Made by a program: the position numbers and the translations under genes. DNA of 63,947 nt, filler included. It is 6 parts of 6 records of this genome, joined end to end, with 100 filler letters (N's around TTAATTAATTAA, not from the genome) between each part and the next. Parts side by side here need not be neighbours in the genome. Positions count along the whole stretch, not along the records: positions 1 to 14,462 come from SRR20825006_2492; positions 14,563 to 27,447 come from SRR20825006_2495; 4 more parts are not named here. One strand, 5' to 3'. The notes under the pieces were generated by a model. The model made no database searches, was not told the origin of the DNA, and was given only the letters and a program-made list of their open reading frames with translations. Each line of letters opens with the position of its first letter. The stretch's first letter is position 1. Positions 9,470 to 17,966 of this stretch are shown here, one piece after another.

Positions 9470-9600
9470 GTTTGCTAACGCGGATATTCGAAACGTTGGG
9501 GAAAGCTAAACCTTGTTTTTAACGACACTATCCCGTTAAGTGTGTAAACCGAAAGTTTAATATTCCAAATCATTACTTTTATATTTTAAACGTTTGTTAG
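9470..9600 (+). repeat. attC-like intergenic element
   Basis: GTTTGCTAAC right after the stop codon, complementary to 8971-8980 at 9/10; ends TAAACGTTTGTTAG just before the next ATG. Confidence 0.55.
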
Positions 9601-9612
9601 AATTGACTCAGA

Positions 9613-9993
9613 ATGGAATTGGACTCTTTATCAGAATATTATTACGACAAGAAGGTGAACGGTATGGACTTTTCGGAAATTCGTAGTGAACTGAAAGCTA
9701 AAGGACTCGATGACTCTGAGATAAGAATTATTATAGGCTCAATTGATAATAAACTTTTGATGAGCATCCGACAAAACAATGATAGATCACAAGTCAATAC
9801 GACGAAAATCATTGGAATTTTTCTCGTAGTAGGCGGAACAATTATCACGGTAGGAACATCTACTGGCTGGATCCAAATGGGCAATTATTTTATTTTCGCT
9901 TATGGACCAATCTTGGGCGGATTAACCATGATGGCGACCTCAAGAAGTGGACGGTCTAGTATTTTTAATCGCAACCAAAAATCCAGAAGATAA
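9613..9993 (+). CDS. Hypothetical membrane protein
   Basis: Soluble N-terminus followed by two TM helices (FAYGPILGG motif). Confidence 0.6.
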   Translation: MELDSLSEYYYDKKVNGMDFSEIRSELKAKGLDDSEIRIIIGSIDNKLLMSIRQNNDRSQVNTTKIIGIFLVVGGTIITVGTSTGWIQMGNYFIFAYGPILGGLTMMATSRSGRSSIFNRNQKSRR

Positions 9994-10094
9994 AACAAGA
10001 TTATTTTGAATAACAGATTAGTACGAACTTTTCCGTCTTAGATTAATTTCGCTTGTAAAAAAAAAAGACTCATAAATGCAAATTTTAAAATTTA

Positions 10095-10286
10095 ATGGAC
10101 GAACAAACTTTAATCAGAATCCAGAAAATTGCTGAACTCTCTGGAATGACCGCTAATGAAAGGCTATATGCAAGCGGTCTCATGGATGAGTTTGACAAAG
10201 CCATTAATGATGATAAAATTAGGGCTAAACAAATATTAAGAGGATTGAGAGTTGACGAATCTTCGATTGAAAAAATAGTAAAATAA
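10095..10286 (+). CDS. Small hypothetical protein
   Basis: 63-aa ORF with GMTANERLY..GLMDEFD motif; AT-rich leader; co-oriented with the array. Confidence 0.55.
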   Translation: MDEQTLIRIQKIAELSGMTANERLYASGLMDEFDKAINDDKIRAKQILRGLRVDESSIEKIVK

Positions 10287-10352
10287 ACTCCCTATAAAGC
10301 CAATGAAACAACTGTCGGGAAGTTAAATTTTAAAGAAAAGTGAAGCAGAAGA

Positions 10353-10814
10353 ATGAATAAAATGATTAAATGCCAAAATTGCGATAAGAATTTCATTCCA
10401 GATGAAAAGCAACAAGAATTTATTAATTCCTCGGTAAAAAAGGGAATGACTTTTGTAATGTTTGAATGTCAAAATTGTGGACTAGGGTTTGGCTTCAATC
10501 CTAGCGGTGGTTCGGTACCATCACCTGAACTAGCGCCTTTAAGAACACCAATTTCTGGTTCACACGGATTTATATCATATATTGACGATAATTCTGAAAA
10601 GTTCTATGGCTGCGGAGAGACTGGTGCGATCTGGAAGAAACTAGAAAATCTATTCAGAGACATTGAAAAAATAATTGTAAAGTATCCTCATCGAGCTCGG
10701 TTTTATCTTAAGAAAGATGGCAACTGGATTGCTAATCCAACTGAACCAGAAAACATTTATGAATTGATTGACAGTGAGTCTTATACGGAGTTAAGTTTCT
10801 ACGAACAAGACTAA
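10353..10814 (+). CDS. Hypothetical protein with N-terminal zinc ribbon
   Basis: CQNC...CQNC pair; stop codon inside GACTAAC (10809-10815). Confidence 0.6.
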   Translation: MNKMIKCQNCDKNFIPDEKQQEFINSSVKKGMTFVMFECQNCGLGFGFNPSGGSVPSPELAPLRTPISGSHGFISYIDDNSEKFYGCGETGAIWKKLENLFRDIEKIIVKYPHRARFYLKKDGNWIANPTEPENIYELIDSESYTELSFYEQD

Positions 10815-11069
10815 CATTACAGTAATCTGCGCTAAGTTTTACTCCGAAAAGTGGTATGTCCGAGAGTTAGCAAAGGGCTTCGATGCCACTCATTATCTGC
10901 GATCTGATGAGAACACTTAGAAAAAAATACACTTAATAAATGAGGGTCACATAATTACAGGTTAAAAAATCCAAAAACGATACAGACTTCTCACAAAAAA
11001 ACTCAAACAATTTAAAGGTTACTAAAAAGCATCTATTTTAAAAGCATGTTCCGAACAAACCCAACCGAT

Positions 11070-12329
11070 TCACTCCTTAGACAACTTTCCAATCACAATT
11101 TTCCGGTTATTATCAAAATTCAATCTGTAAAAATATGTACCGCTAGATACGTCAGTGAGCTCAACCTCAGGAAGATCTTCAGTAATCATTTCAACACTTA
11201 CGATCGTCCCAGTAATAGAATACAATGTAAACTCGCACGACTTGAAATCCCCGAATGGAATAGTTACTCGATCAAAAAATGGGTTTGGAAATAAAGCAAA
11301 TTTTAAAAATGCGTCATCATTTTCTGAAATACTATTCCAAGTGATTCCGCACCCATCAGAAGAAAGTAAACTAGTCCTAATGGTTGTCAAAGCAGCGATC
11401 ATTCTGTTTTTCTGCCCCAAGGTGAAATGATCCGCACACTTCGTATAATCCATGTAATTTGTAAGATCGTCAGGTTGATCTCCCAAACCACCGAGGGCAA
11501 CAGGTCTGAACGGATTATTTGTCGACTGATCATCGGCATCCGAAAGGCACGAATTACTCGTTTGACAATCATTATTCGGATAGCTGACGGGGGGTGTATC
11601 ACAGACATTATCATTATCAACCGTGCAATCGTTGTTTAAACAGCCACCCTGAAAAGTATGATACAATCCTAGATAGTGACCTACTTCGTGCTCAAACAAA
11701 CCTGGGTAGTAAAAAAAAGTATCCGCACTATTCATATAGGCGTGATACAGAAAAACGCCGTCCATATAATACCCATTACTGTTTGGGAAAAATCCCCAAC
11801 CTGTACGAGCACTGCCTGCGACAAACAGATTTTTCACCAAATAAACATTCAAATAATCCTTGGTTTTCCAATGATACAACCTACAAATACTATCCATAAG
11901 ATCAGTTGAAGTAGACAAACCATTACTATTTATATAAGAGTACATGTGTGAAAACTCAGAGTAATCACGCGTGATTCCAGTCGTAGGCAAACCATTCGTA
12001 TCCTTCTCAGCTAGGCAAAAATTAATATCTACATCCACACCATCTGGAGTTTGAAACGAACCACTATTCGCAAAACGCTCATTGAGTTCAGAAATCCAAT
12101 TAATCACCACAGAATCAGGTACATTTTCCGCACCTCCCTGATGAACTAAGTGAAAAACGACAGGTACATTATACGTTGATTTCGGCGAATCCGAGAGAGA
12201 ATGAAGCTTACTTTTGAACGCCGAATTTTCCCATTGGTCGTTCTTTTCTACACCACAAAATGAAGATTGCGCAGGAGAAACAAAGGCATAAAAAGCCATT
12301 AAAGTCAGTGAAATGAGTTCCTTTTTCAT
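11070..12329 (-). CDS. M43 (pappalysin/ulilysin-like) zinc metalloprotease with T9SS sorting domain
   Basis: Cys-switch CG; VPVVFHLVH; HEVGHYLGLYH zinc motif; NYMDY Met-turn; FT.GQ..RM; LFPNPF C-terminal domain. Confidence 0.9.
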   Translation of the reverse strand: MKKELISLTLMAFYAFVSPAQSSFCGVEKNDQWENSAFKSKLHSLSDSPKSTYNVPVVFHLVHQGGAENVPDSVVINWISELNERFANSGSFQTPDGVDVDINFCLAEKDTNGLPTTGITRDYSEFSHMYSYINSNGLSTSTDLMDSICRLYHWKTKDYLNVYLVKNLFVAGSARTGWGFFPNSNGYYMDGVFLYHAYMNSADTFFYYPGLFEHEVGHYLGLYHTFQGGCLNNDCTVDNDNVCDTPPVSYPNNDCQTSNSCLSDADDQSTNNPFRPVALGGLGDQPDDLTNYMDYTKCADHFTLGQKNRMIAALTTIRTSLLSSDGCGITWNSISENDDAFLKFALFPNPFFDRVTIPFGDFKSCEFTLYSITGTIVSVEMITEDLPEVELTDVSSGTYFYRLNFDNNRKIVIGKLSKE

Positions 12330-12456
12330 AGAATAAAGACGACTCCCTGTCCATCAAAGTTGTTCCATCGAACTTAGGCTCTCAAAGTCCAACAATGATC
12401 ATCTAAAAAACGCTATATTTAGAATTCAAAAAATTTAACCCTAGAAACAGAAGCAA

Positions 12457-13248
12457 ATGCCCTTTCGAATACTCCTTTTTTTCCTTTTCAGCTCAACACT
12501 TTCTTTTGCACAAACAACCTCCAACGACAGTCTCTTCATGCAAGGTGGTGAACTCTTCAGGGTCAGATACACTGGAGTGGAGGGGTTCTATAAAACATAC
12601 GACGACTTTCTGAACGAACGAATCACAGACACCGTAGAATTCAAATTAGACAACTACGTCCCAGGTGCCGACAACCGATTGTCAATAGTCACAAAAAAAA
12701 GCAATGGAAAAGACAGCTATGAACTTGTAAATTTCGCCGAATCCAAAATTCAATACTGGGGAGCGCGCATCAAAGTGTATTCAGACGGCACGAAGTATGT
12801 CGATTTTCGCTTTCATGACTCGAAACTGCTGGAAATCCTACTCATGGGAGACATCATTGTGTACTCAACTGGAGGGTTACACATCACGCACACTGGATCA
12901 TTAGACGACAGATCACCCAACGTGCATAAAAAGCACATTAGAGAAATGCAGCTCTTGAAAGTCGGAACCAATTTCACAGGCAAACACCGCGTGTTTCTGG
13001 AGAATGTGGAATTAGGTATAGGATCAAACGTTGATAAAATCTATTATCACAAAGAAACCGTCTATTTTCAAAAAGGACTTGAAGGAGAACTCATCAAATA
13101 CGCTAAGCCAAAAGATGCCCTGGAGGTGCTTGGTGATTGCCCAAAAGTGCAAGAATCATTGAAAGCAGCCAAGCCCAAAGGAAAAATTGAACGCATCAAA
13201 GAATTGTACATGCACATCGACATCTACAACCATTGCTTGCAGGAGTGA
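12457..13248 (+). CDS. Secreted hypothetical protein
   Basis: Signal peptide ending SFA-Q; 263 aa. Confidence 0.6.
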   Translation: MPFRILLFFLFSSTLSFAQTTSNDSLFMQGGELFRVRYTGVEGFYKTYDDFLNERITDTVEFKLDNYVPGADNRLSIVTKKSNGKDSYELVNFAESKIQYWGARIKVYSDGTKYVDFRFHDSKLLEILLMGDIIVYSTGGLHITHTGSLDDRSPNVHKKHIREMQLLKVGTNFTGKHRVFLENVELGIGSNVDKIYYHKETVYFQKGLEGELIKYAKPKDALEVLGDCPKVQESLKAAKPKGKIERIKELYMHIDIYNHCLQE

Positions 13249-13400
13249 TAACTGGTTTTTTCGCCCTTACCTGTTCAAAAAAACTTCTCAATTGTATGAT
13301 TACAAAATTGTGCAATCCTTCTTTTGATATGCGCAAAACCGTGTATTTCACAACTTCCTACACCGATAGCAATAGTCGACTGAGGCTCTCGAGGTAAATT

Positions 13401-13898
13401 CTACCGATAATCTTCAATTGCGAATTTATGAGGAATCGCGTAGGTTTGCCCTTTTTCTTTAGAGACAAATACAAGGTCTTCACAATAAACTAAACCATCA
13501 CCAATTACTCTTCCTTTCAAGGTTATTCTAACCTTTTCTTTTTCATCTTGCAACGCGTCCAATTTGTACTTTTTGATCTTCGAATAATCTCTTTTGTCAA
13601 AGTAGATTCTAATAATAGAATCATTATCTAATTTTAGCTGCACGTAAGGATTATATAAAAGATCTTCTTTTTTAAGAACGTCATAAATTCTCAAAATACT
13701 TTTTGTCGTACCGTCCAACGAATCCCTGTTTTCCAATTTTGCCAGACCATCAACCCATTTTACAACCTCTTTCGGTTGTTTATACAAACTCCCATAACGC
13801 CAAAGACCAAAGTACAAATCACCTTGAAGTGTATCAATTTGTCCAAAAGAAGAGCTTGAGAATAAAATTGCAAAGGAAAACAGTAGTATTTTTTTCAT
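13401..13898 (-). CDS. Secreted hypothetical protein
   Basis: Signal peptide ending SFG-Q; 165 aa. Confidence 0.6.
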   Translation of the reverse strand: MKKILLFSFAILFSSSSFGQIDTLQGDLYFGLWRYGSLYKQPKEVVKWVDGLAKLENRDSLDGTTKSILRIYDVLKKEDLLYNPYVQLKLDNDSIIRIYFDKRDYSKIKKYKLDALQDEKEKVRITLKGRVIGDGLVYCEDLVFVSKEKGQTYAIPHKFAIEDYR

Positions 13899-14015
13899 TC
13901 TTGTAATTAAGGAAGAATTCTATTGAAAAAAGGAATACTTCTTAATCTCATGGTGAATTCAAATTTACCTGACGAAAATAATTCTTAAATTAGAATAACC
14001 AACCACATCTACTAC

Positions 14016-14462
14016 ATGACATTTAACCCAAAAATCCACAACCGCCGAAGCATTCGCTTAAAAGAGTATGATTACTCGAGCGTTGGACTTTACTTCATCA
14101 CCCTTTGTGTCGAAGGGAGAACACATCTATTTGGAAACATTGAAAGCGGAGAAATGAAGCTCAATTCATTCGGAAAAATAGTCGCTGATGAATGGGAAAA
14201 ATCCGCGCAAATTAGAGAAAACATAACCCTAGGAGAATATATCATCATGCCTGACCATTTTCATGGAGTCATTGAAATTAAGGAACAAATAATAAAGGAT
14301 TCATCCGCTTCTCCAGGCGAATTCAAATCACCATCCCACACCATCGGGGCCATAATTCGCGGCTTCAAAGGAGCGGCGACCAAAAATATCAAATCATTTT
14401 TATTCACCGATACGGGCGAATTGCTATTCGCCCCGACAGAAGAAGAATTGCTATTCGCTCCG
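14016..14462 (+). mobile_element. REP-associated tyrosine transposase (RAYT, IS200/Y1 HUH family), 3'-truncated by contig end
   Basis: RRSIRLKEYDYSSVGLYFITLC N-terminus; HUH motif IIMPDHFHGVI; IGAIIRGFKGA. Confidence 0.85.
14414..14462 (+). repeat. REP-like palindromic repeat, 27-bp period, inside RAYT CDS
   Basis: GGGCGAAT-TGCT-ATTCGCCC hairpin 14414-14433; GAATTGCTATTCGC at 14418 and 14445. Confidence 0.7.
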
Positions 14463-14562
14463 NNNNNNNNNNNNNNNNNNNNNNNNNNNNNNNNNNNNNN
14501 NNNNNNTTAATTAATTAANNNNNNNNNNNNNNNNNNNNNNNNNNNNNNNNNNNNNNNNNNNN
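14463..14562. other. Artificial contig linker
   Basis: N-run + TTAATTAATTAA (stops in all six frames) + N-run. Confidence 0.98.
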
Positions 14563-14563
14563 A

Positions 14564-15079
14564 CTCACAGTAACTGTTGGTGGTTCATCTGTCGGTTCAA
14601 TCGACTATGGCGCTGGCACAACTTCTGAAGACGTGATCACAGCCTTGAACGCAATTGATGGTGTTACCGCCTCCACCGACGGGACCACAATTTCGATCAC
14701 ATCCGAAAATGGTGACATTGTCATTGACGACACCGACACAACAGCTGACCTAGCCACCCAAACTGGTTCGGGCTATGTTGCCGGTTCATTCGACAGCGAC
14801 ACCTCAATCAACGACTCTTTGACAGCGTTGAATACTGCCTTGAACACATTGCGGTCTCAGGCGTCTACATTCGGTACAAACCTGACTGTGGTCGAAAACC
14901 GTCAAAACTTCACAACTCGTTTGGTCAACACTTTGGAAGAAGGTGCAGGCAAATTAACATTGGCTGACACCAACGAAGAAGGCGCGAACTTGCTGGCGTT
15001 GCAAACACGTCAACAGCTCTCCTCTACGTCACTTTCTTTCGCCTCTCAGGCAGATCAGAACGTGTTGCGTTTGTTCTAA
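14564..15079 (+). CDS. fliC: Flagellin, 5'-truncated (copy 1)
   Basis: Flagellin C-terminus LADTNEEGANLLALQTRQQL...VLRLF; frame open back to the contig edge. Confidence 0.92.
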   Translation, partial: LTVTVGGSSVGSIDYGAGTTSEDVITALNAIDGVTASTDGTTISITSENGDIVIDDTDTTADLATQTGSGYVAGSFDSDTSINDSLTALNTALNTLRSQASTFGTNLTVVENRQNFTTRLVNTLEEGAGKLTLADTNEEGANLLALQTRQQLSSTSLSFASQADQNVLRLF

Positions 15080-15112
15080 GGATAAAGAATTTAGTATTGC
15101 GTACTTTATCGC

Positions 15113-15149
15113 AATGGGCGGTGTGCGGATCATGCACCGCCCATTTTTT
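15113..15149 (+). terminator. Rho-independent terminator
   Basis: AATGGGCGGTG...CACCGCCCATT hairpin + T-run. Confidence 0.8.
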
Positions 15150-15179
15150 ATTATTATATATAGTCACTTACCCTTTTCA

Positions 15180-15194
15180 TTAACCGCTCATTAA
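15180..15194. promoter_or_regulatory. CtrA-box-like site upstream of flagellin 2
   Basis: TTAA-CCGCTCA-TTAA = TTAA-N7-TTAA. Confidence 0.7.
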
Positions 15195-15257
15195 CCGCCT
15201 GAAACATAATGTAACCGCGTCCAGAATGGACATTTCGGGGGATAATCAGAAGATTAT

Positions 15258-16421
15258 ATGAGTAACATCCAGCTTTCCTCGGCGGTTCGGCAAAATCTAT
15301 TGTCGCTACAATCTACCGCTGACATGATGTCAAAAACGCAAAATCGCCTCGCCACCGGCTTGAAGGTGAATTCGGCGTTGGACAATCCAAGCTCTTTTTT
15401 CACCGCATCGGCGCTTAACAATAGATCCAATGACCTTGGTGGCCTTTTGGATGATATGGGTCAATCCATCCAGACCCTAAAAGCGGCAGATGAAGGCATT
15501 AAGTCCATCACCAAGCTTGTGGAGGCGGCTAAAGGCAAAGCCAATCAGGCCTTACAATCGTCAAGCACAGCTGATCGCTCAAAATTTGCCACAGAATATA
15601 ATGAGCTATTGGGGCAAATTGAGCAACTTGCCAAGGACGCAGGCTATAGCGGCAAGAACCTTCTTGCAGGTACAGGCAATGACCTTGACGTTATCTTTAA
15701 CGAAGATGGCACCAGCAAACTTGGCGTTAGCGCAGTGGACTATACAGATACCGCAGCTTCATTAGGTTTAAGTTCTCTAGATACAGCAATCGCAGGCACG
15801 CCGGGATCATTTACCATCAGCGACCAAGATTTGTATGACGGCTTTAATGGTGATGCCGGGGATACATTTATTATTGAAGATGGAGACGGCACGACCCTTA
15901 TCGCAGCCGGAGATCCTGGTAACGGAACCCTCACCTACTCCAACCAAATCGCCGATGAAATTAACGCCGCGGGCATTCCCGGTTTGTCAGCAACATTTGT
16001 CCCCGGTCCGCTGACCGGATCTCTGACAGTTACATATACTGAAGGCAACGTTTCAATTGATGACGCCGATTCAACTAATGATCTCGCTACGACGACTTCA
16101 TCAAATTTTGTTGAGAGTGTTGTTGGTGGTTTTGAGACCGATGAGGCCATCAACGCCGAACTGGATAAACTCAATACTGCACTGAACACATTGCGTTCAC
16201 AGGCTTCTACGTTCGGCACAAATCTAACCGTTGTTGAAAATCGGCAGAATTTCACAAAATCATTGATCAATACATTGGAAGAGGGTGCGGGAAAACTCAC
16301 CCTTGCGGACACTAATGAAGAGGGCGCGAATTTGCTGGCGCTGCAAACACGGCAACAGCTTTCCTCAACATCCCTCTCCTTCGCCTCTCAGGCAGATCAA
16401 AACGTTCTTCGACTATTCTAA
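15258..16421 (+). CDS. fliC: Flagellin (copy 2)
   Basis: RLATGLKVNSALDNP N-terminus; conserved flagellin C-terminus. Confidence 0.95.
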   Translation: MSNIQLSSAVRQNLLSLQSTADMMSKTQNRLATGLKVNSALDNPSSFFTASALNNRSNDLGGLLDDMGQSIQTLKAADEGIKSITKLVEAAKGKANQALQSSSTADRSKFATEYNELLGQIEQLAKDAGYSGKNLLAGTGNDLDVIFNEDGTSKLGVSAVDYTDTAASLGLSSLDTAIAGTPGSFTISDQDLYDGFNGDAGDTFIIEDGDGTTLIAAGDPGNGTLTYSNQIADEINAAGIPGLSATFVPGPLTGSLTVTYTEGNVSIDDADSTNDLATTTSSNFVESVVGGFETDEAINAELDKLNTALNTLRSQASTFGTNLTVVENRQNFTKSLINTLEEGAGKLTLADTNEEGANLLALQTRQQLSSTSLSFASQADQNVLRLF

Positions 16422-16447
16422 TAGGTTGAAAAATATAACAAAATTAC

Positions 16448-16474
16448 AAGGCGAGCTTCGGCTCGCCTTTTTTT
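16448..16474 (+). terminator. Rho-independent terminator
   Basis: AAGGCGAGC-TTCG-GCTCGCCTT + T-run. Confidence 0.85.
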
Positions 16475-16529
16475 ATTGCCTGAACTATTTTTCGCATTTT
16501 GCAACAAAATCCGCATTTTGCACGGCCAG

Positions 16530-16544
16530 TTAAACTTCGATTAA
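16530..16544. promoter_or_regulatory. CtrA-box-like site upstream of flagellin 3
   Basis: TTAA-ACTTCGA-TTAA. Confidence 0.7.
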
Positions 16545-16609
16545 CCATGTTCCGGCATGATCATAAGTGCCCCAGAATCGGGCCTTAGAAACCATGAAGG
16601 AATAGAACT

Positions 16610-17722
16610 TTGACTATGATCCACTTGTCCGCTGCAGTGCGGCAAAACCTACTTTCACTGCAAGGCACAGCAGACTTGATGTCGAAAACGCAAAACCGTT
16701 TGGCAACAGGTCTTAAAGTTAACTCTGCGCTGGATAACCCAAACTCATTCTTTACCGCATCTGCATTGAACAACCGCGCATCTGATCTAAGCGGGCTGTT
16801 GGATGATATGGGCCAGGGCGTTCAAACTCTAAAGGCAGCTGATGATGGCATTCAAGCCATCACCAAATTGGTGGAAGCAGCTAAAGGTAAAGCCAACCAA
16901 GCGCTGCAATCCAACAAGATTGAAGATCGCCGCCGCTTCGCCCAAGAATATAACGACCTTCTGACCCAGATCGAAGACTTGGCGAAAGATGCTGGTTATA
17001 AGGGCAAAAACTTGCTTGCGGGTGCCGGCAACGATTTGTCTGTTATCTTCAACGAAGACGGCACTTCCTCCATCACCATTGATGCTGTTGATTACACAGA
17101 TACTTCAGGCGCACTTGGCCTTGCGGACCTCACCGTAGGTACCAGCGGCACGTTGAGCATTGCCGAATCAGATCTTGAAGGTGGCGACGAAGCAGGTGAT
17201 ACATTGACTGTAACAGTTGGTGGTTCAAATGTTGCAACAATCGATTATGGTGCTGGCACAACTGCTGAAGATGTCATCACTGCTCTTAATGCGATTGACG
17301 GCGTGGAAGCATCCACGGACGGCACAACAATCTCAATTACATCCGCAGCCGGCGACATCGTAATTGACGATACCGATACAACAGCTGACCTAGCTACACA
17401 AACTGGCTCTGGTTACGTTGAAGGCACCTTCGACACCGACACGTCAATCAGCGCATCATTAGACACGCTGAGCACTGCATTATCAACATTGCGCTCACAA
17501 GCATCCACATTCGGTACCAACCTCACCGTGGTTGAAAACCGTCAGAACTTCACAAAGCGTTTGATCAACACTTTGGAAGAAGGTGCAGGCAAGCTCACCC
17601 TTGCTGACACCAATGAGGAAGGCGCGAACTTGCTGGCGTTGCAGACACGTCAACAATTGGCATCAACCTCCCTCTCCTTCGCCTCACAGGCGGACCAAGC
17701 GGTGCTGCGTCTGTTCGGTTAA
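16610..17722 (+). CDS. fliC: Flagellin (copy 3); TTG start (alternative ATG 16616)
   Basis: Flagellin N- and C-terminal motifs; AAGGA about 8 nt before the TTG. Confidence 0.95.
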   Translation: MTMIHLSAAVRQNLLSLQGTADLMSKTQNRLATGLKVNSALDNPNSFFTASALNNRASDLSGLLDDMGQGVQTLKAADDGIQAITKLVEAAKGKANQALQSNKIEDRRRFAQEYNDLLTQIEDLAKDAGYKGKNLLAGAGNDLSVIFNEDGTSSITIDAVDYTDTSGALGLADLTVGTSGTLSIAESDLEGGDEAGDTLTVTVGGSNVATIDYGAGTTAEDVITALNAIDGVEASTDGTTISITSAAGDIVIDDTDTTADLATQTGSGYVEGTFDTDTSISASLDTLSTALSTLRSQASTFGTNLTVVENRQNFTKRLINTLEEGAGKLTLADTNEEGANLLALQTRQQLASTSLSFASQADQAVLRLFG

Positions 17723-17762
17723 GACGCAACATAAATCAGCTCATCGAGCTATTTCTTCAAAG

Positions 17763-17791
17763 AAGGCGTCGAATTTTTCGGCGCCTTTTTT
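17763..17791 (+). terminator. Rho-independent terminator
   Basis: AAGGCGTCGAA...TTCGGCGCCTT + T-run. Confidence 0.8.
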
Positions 17792-17808
17792 ATTTATCCA
17801 TCATGAAT

Positions 17809-17903
17809 AGGCAATTTTTGCCGCGCAAACTGTGGAAAATCGCACCAACCGACCCAATTTGAACCATTCTGTTAATATGCGTTAACCTTTCGGTAAGGTT
17901 AAC
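17809..17903. promoter_or_regulatory. Regulatory region of flagellin 4: ftr-like GGCAATTTTTGCC and CtrA-like TTAA cluster
   Basis: AGGCAATTTTTGCCG 17809-17823; TTAA-N7-GTAA 17882-17896 within palindrome GTTAACCTT-N5-AAGGTTAAC 17881-17903. Confidence 0.5.
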
Positions 17904-17966
17904 AATTCATTGTCATCAAGAATCGTGGCAAGACTCTATTAACAACTCCAGGAAGGATGGTTCGCG

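Larger units (their letters stand above)
102..10900 (+). mobile_element. Putative integron-like gene cassette array (no integrase visible in window)
   Basis: 13 of 14 likely genes are on the + strand and functionally unrelated; intergenic elements are related to each other; GTT-boxes upstream of genes are complementary to AAC-boxes downstream of the same genes (e.g. 259-268 vs 1973-1982; 8971-8984 vs 9466-9479). Confidence 0.65.

Noticed and set aside
12373-13395. Two similar short motifs (CTTAGGCTCTCAAAGT near 12373; CTGAGGCTCTCGAGGT near 13380) as REP remnants
   Set aside because: Short and degenerate; cannot be supported without genome-wide counts.
1-14462. Integron integrase for the cassette-like array
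   Set aside because: No ORF with tyrosine-recombinase R...HxxR...Y motifs is visible in this contig; it may lie upstream of the window or elsewhere.
14463-14562. TTAATTAATTAA palindrome flanked by Ns, repeated five times in the window
   Set aside because: Identical 100-nt artificial linkers with six-frame stops; not biological.
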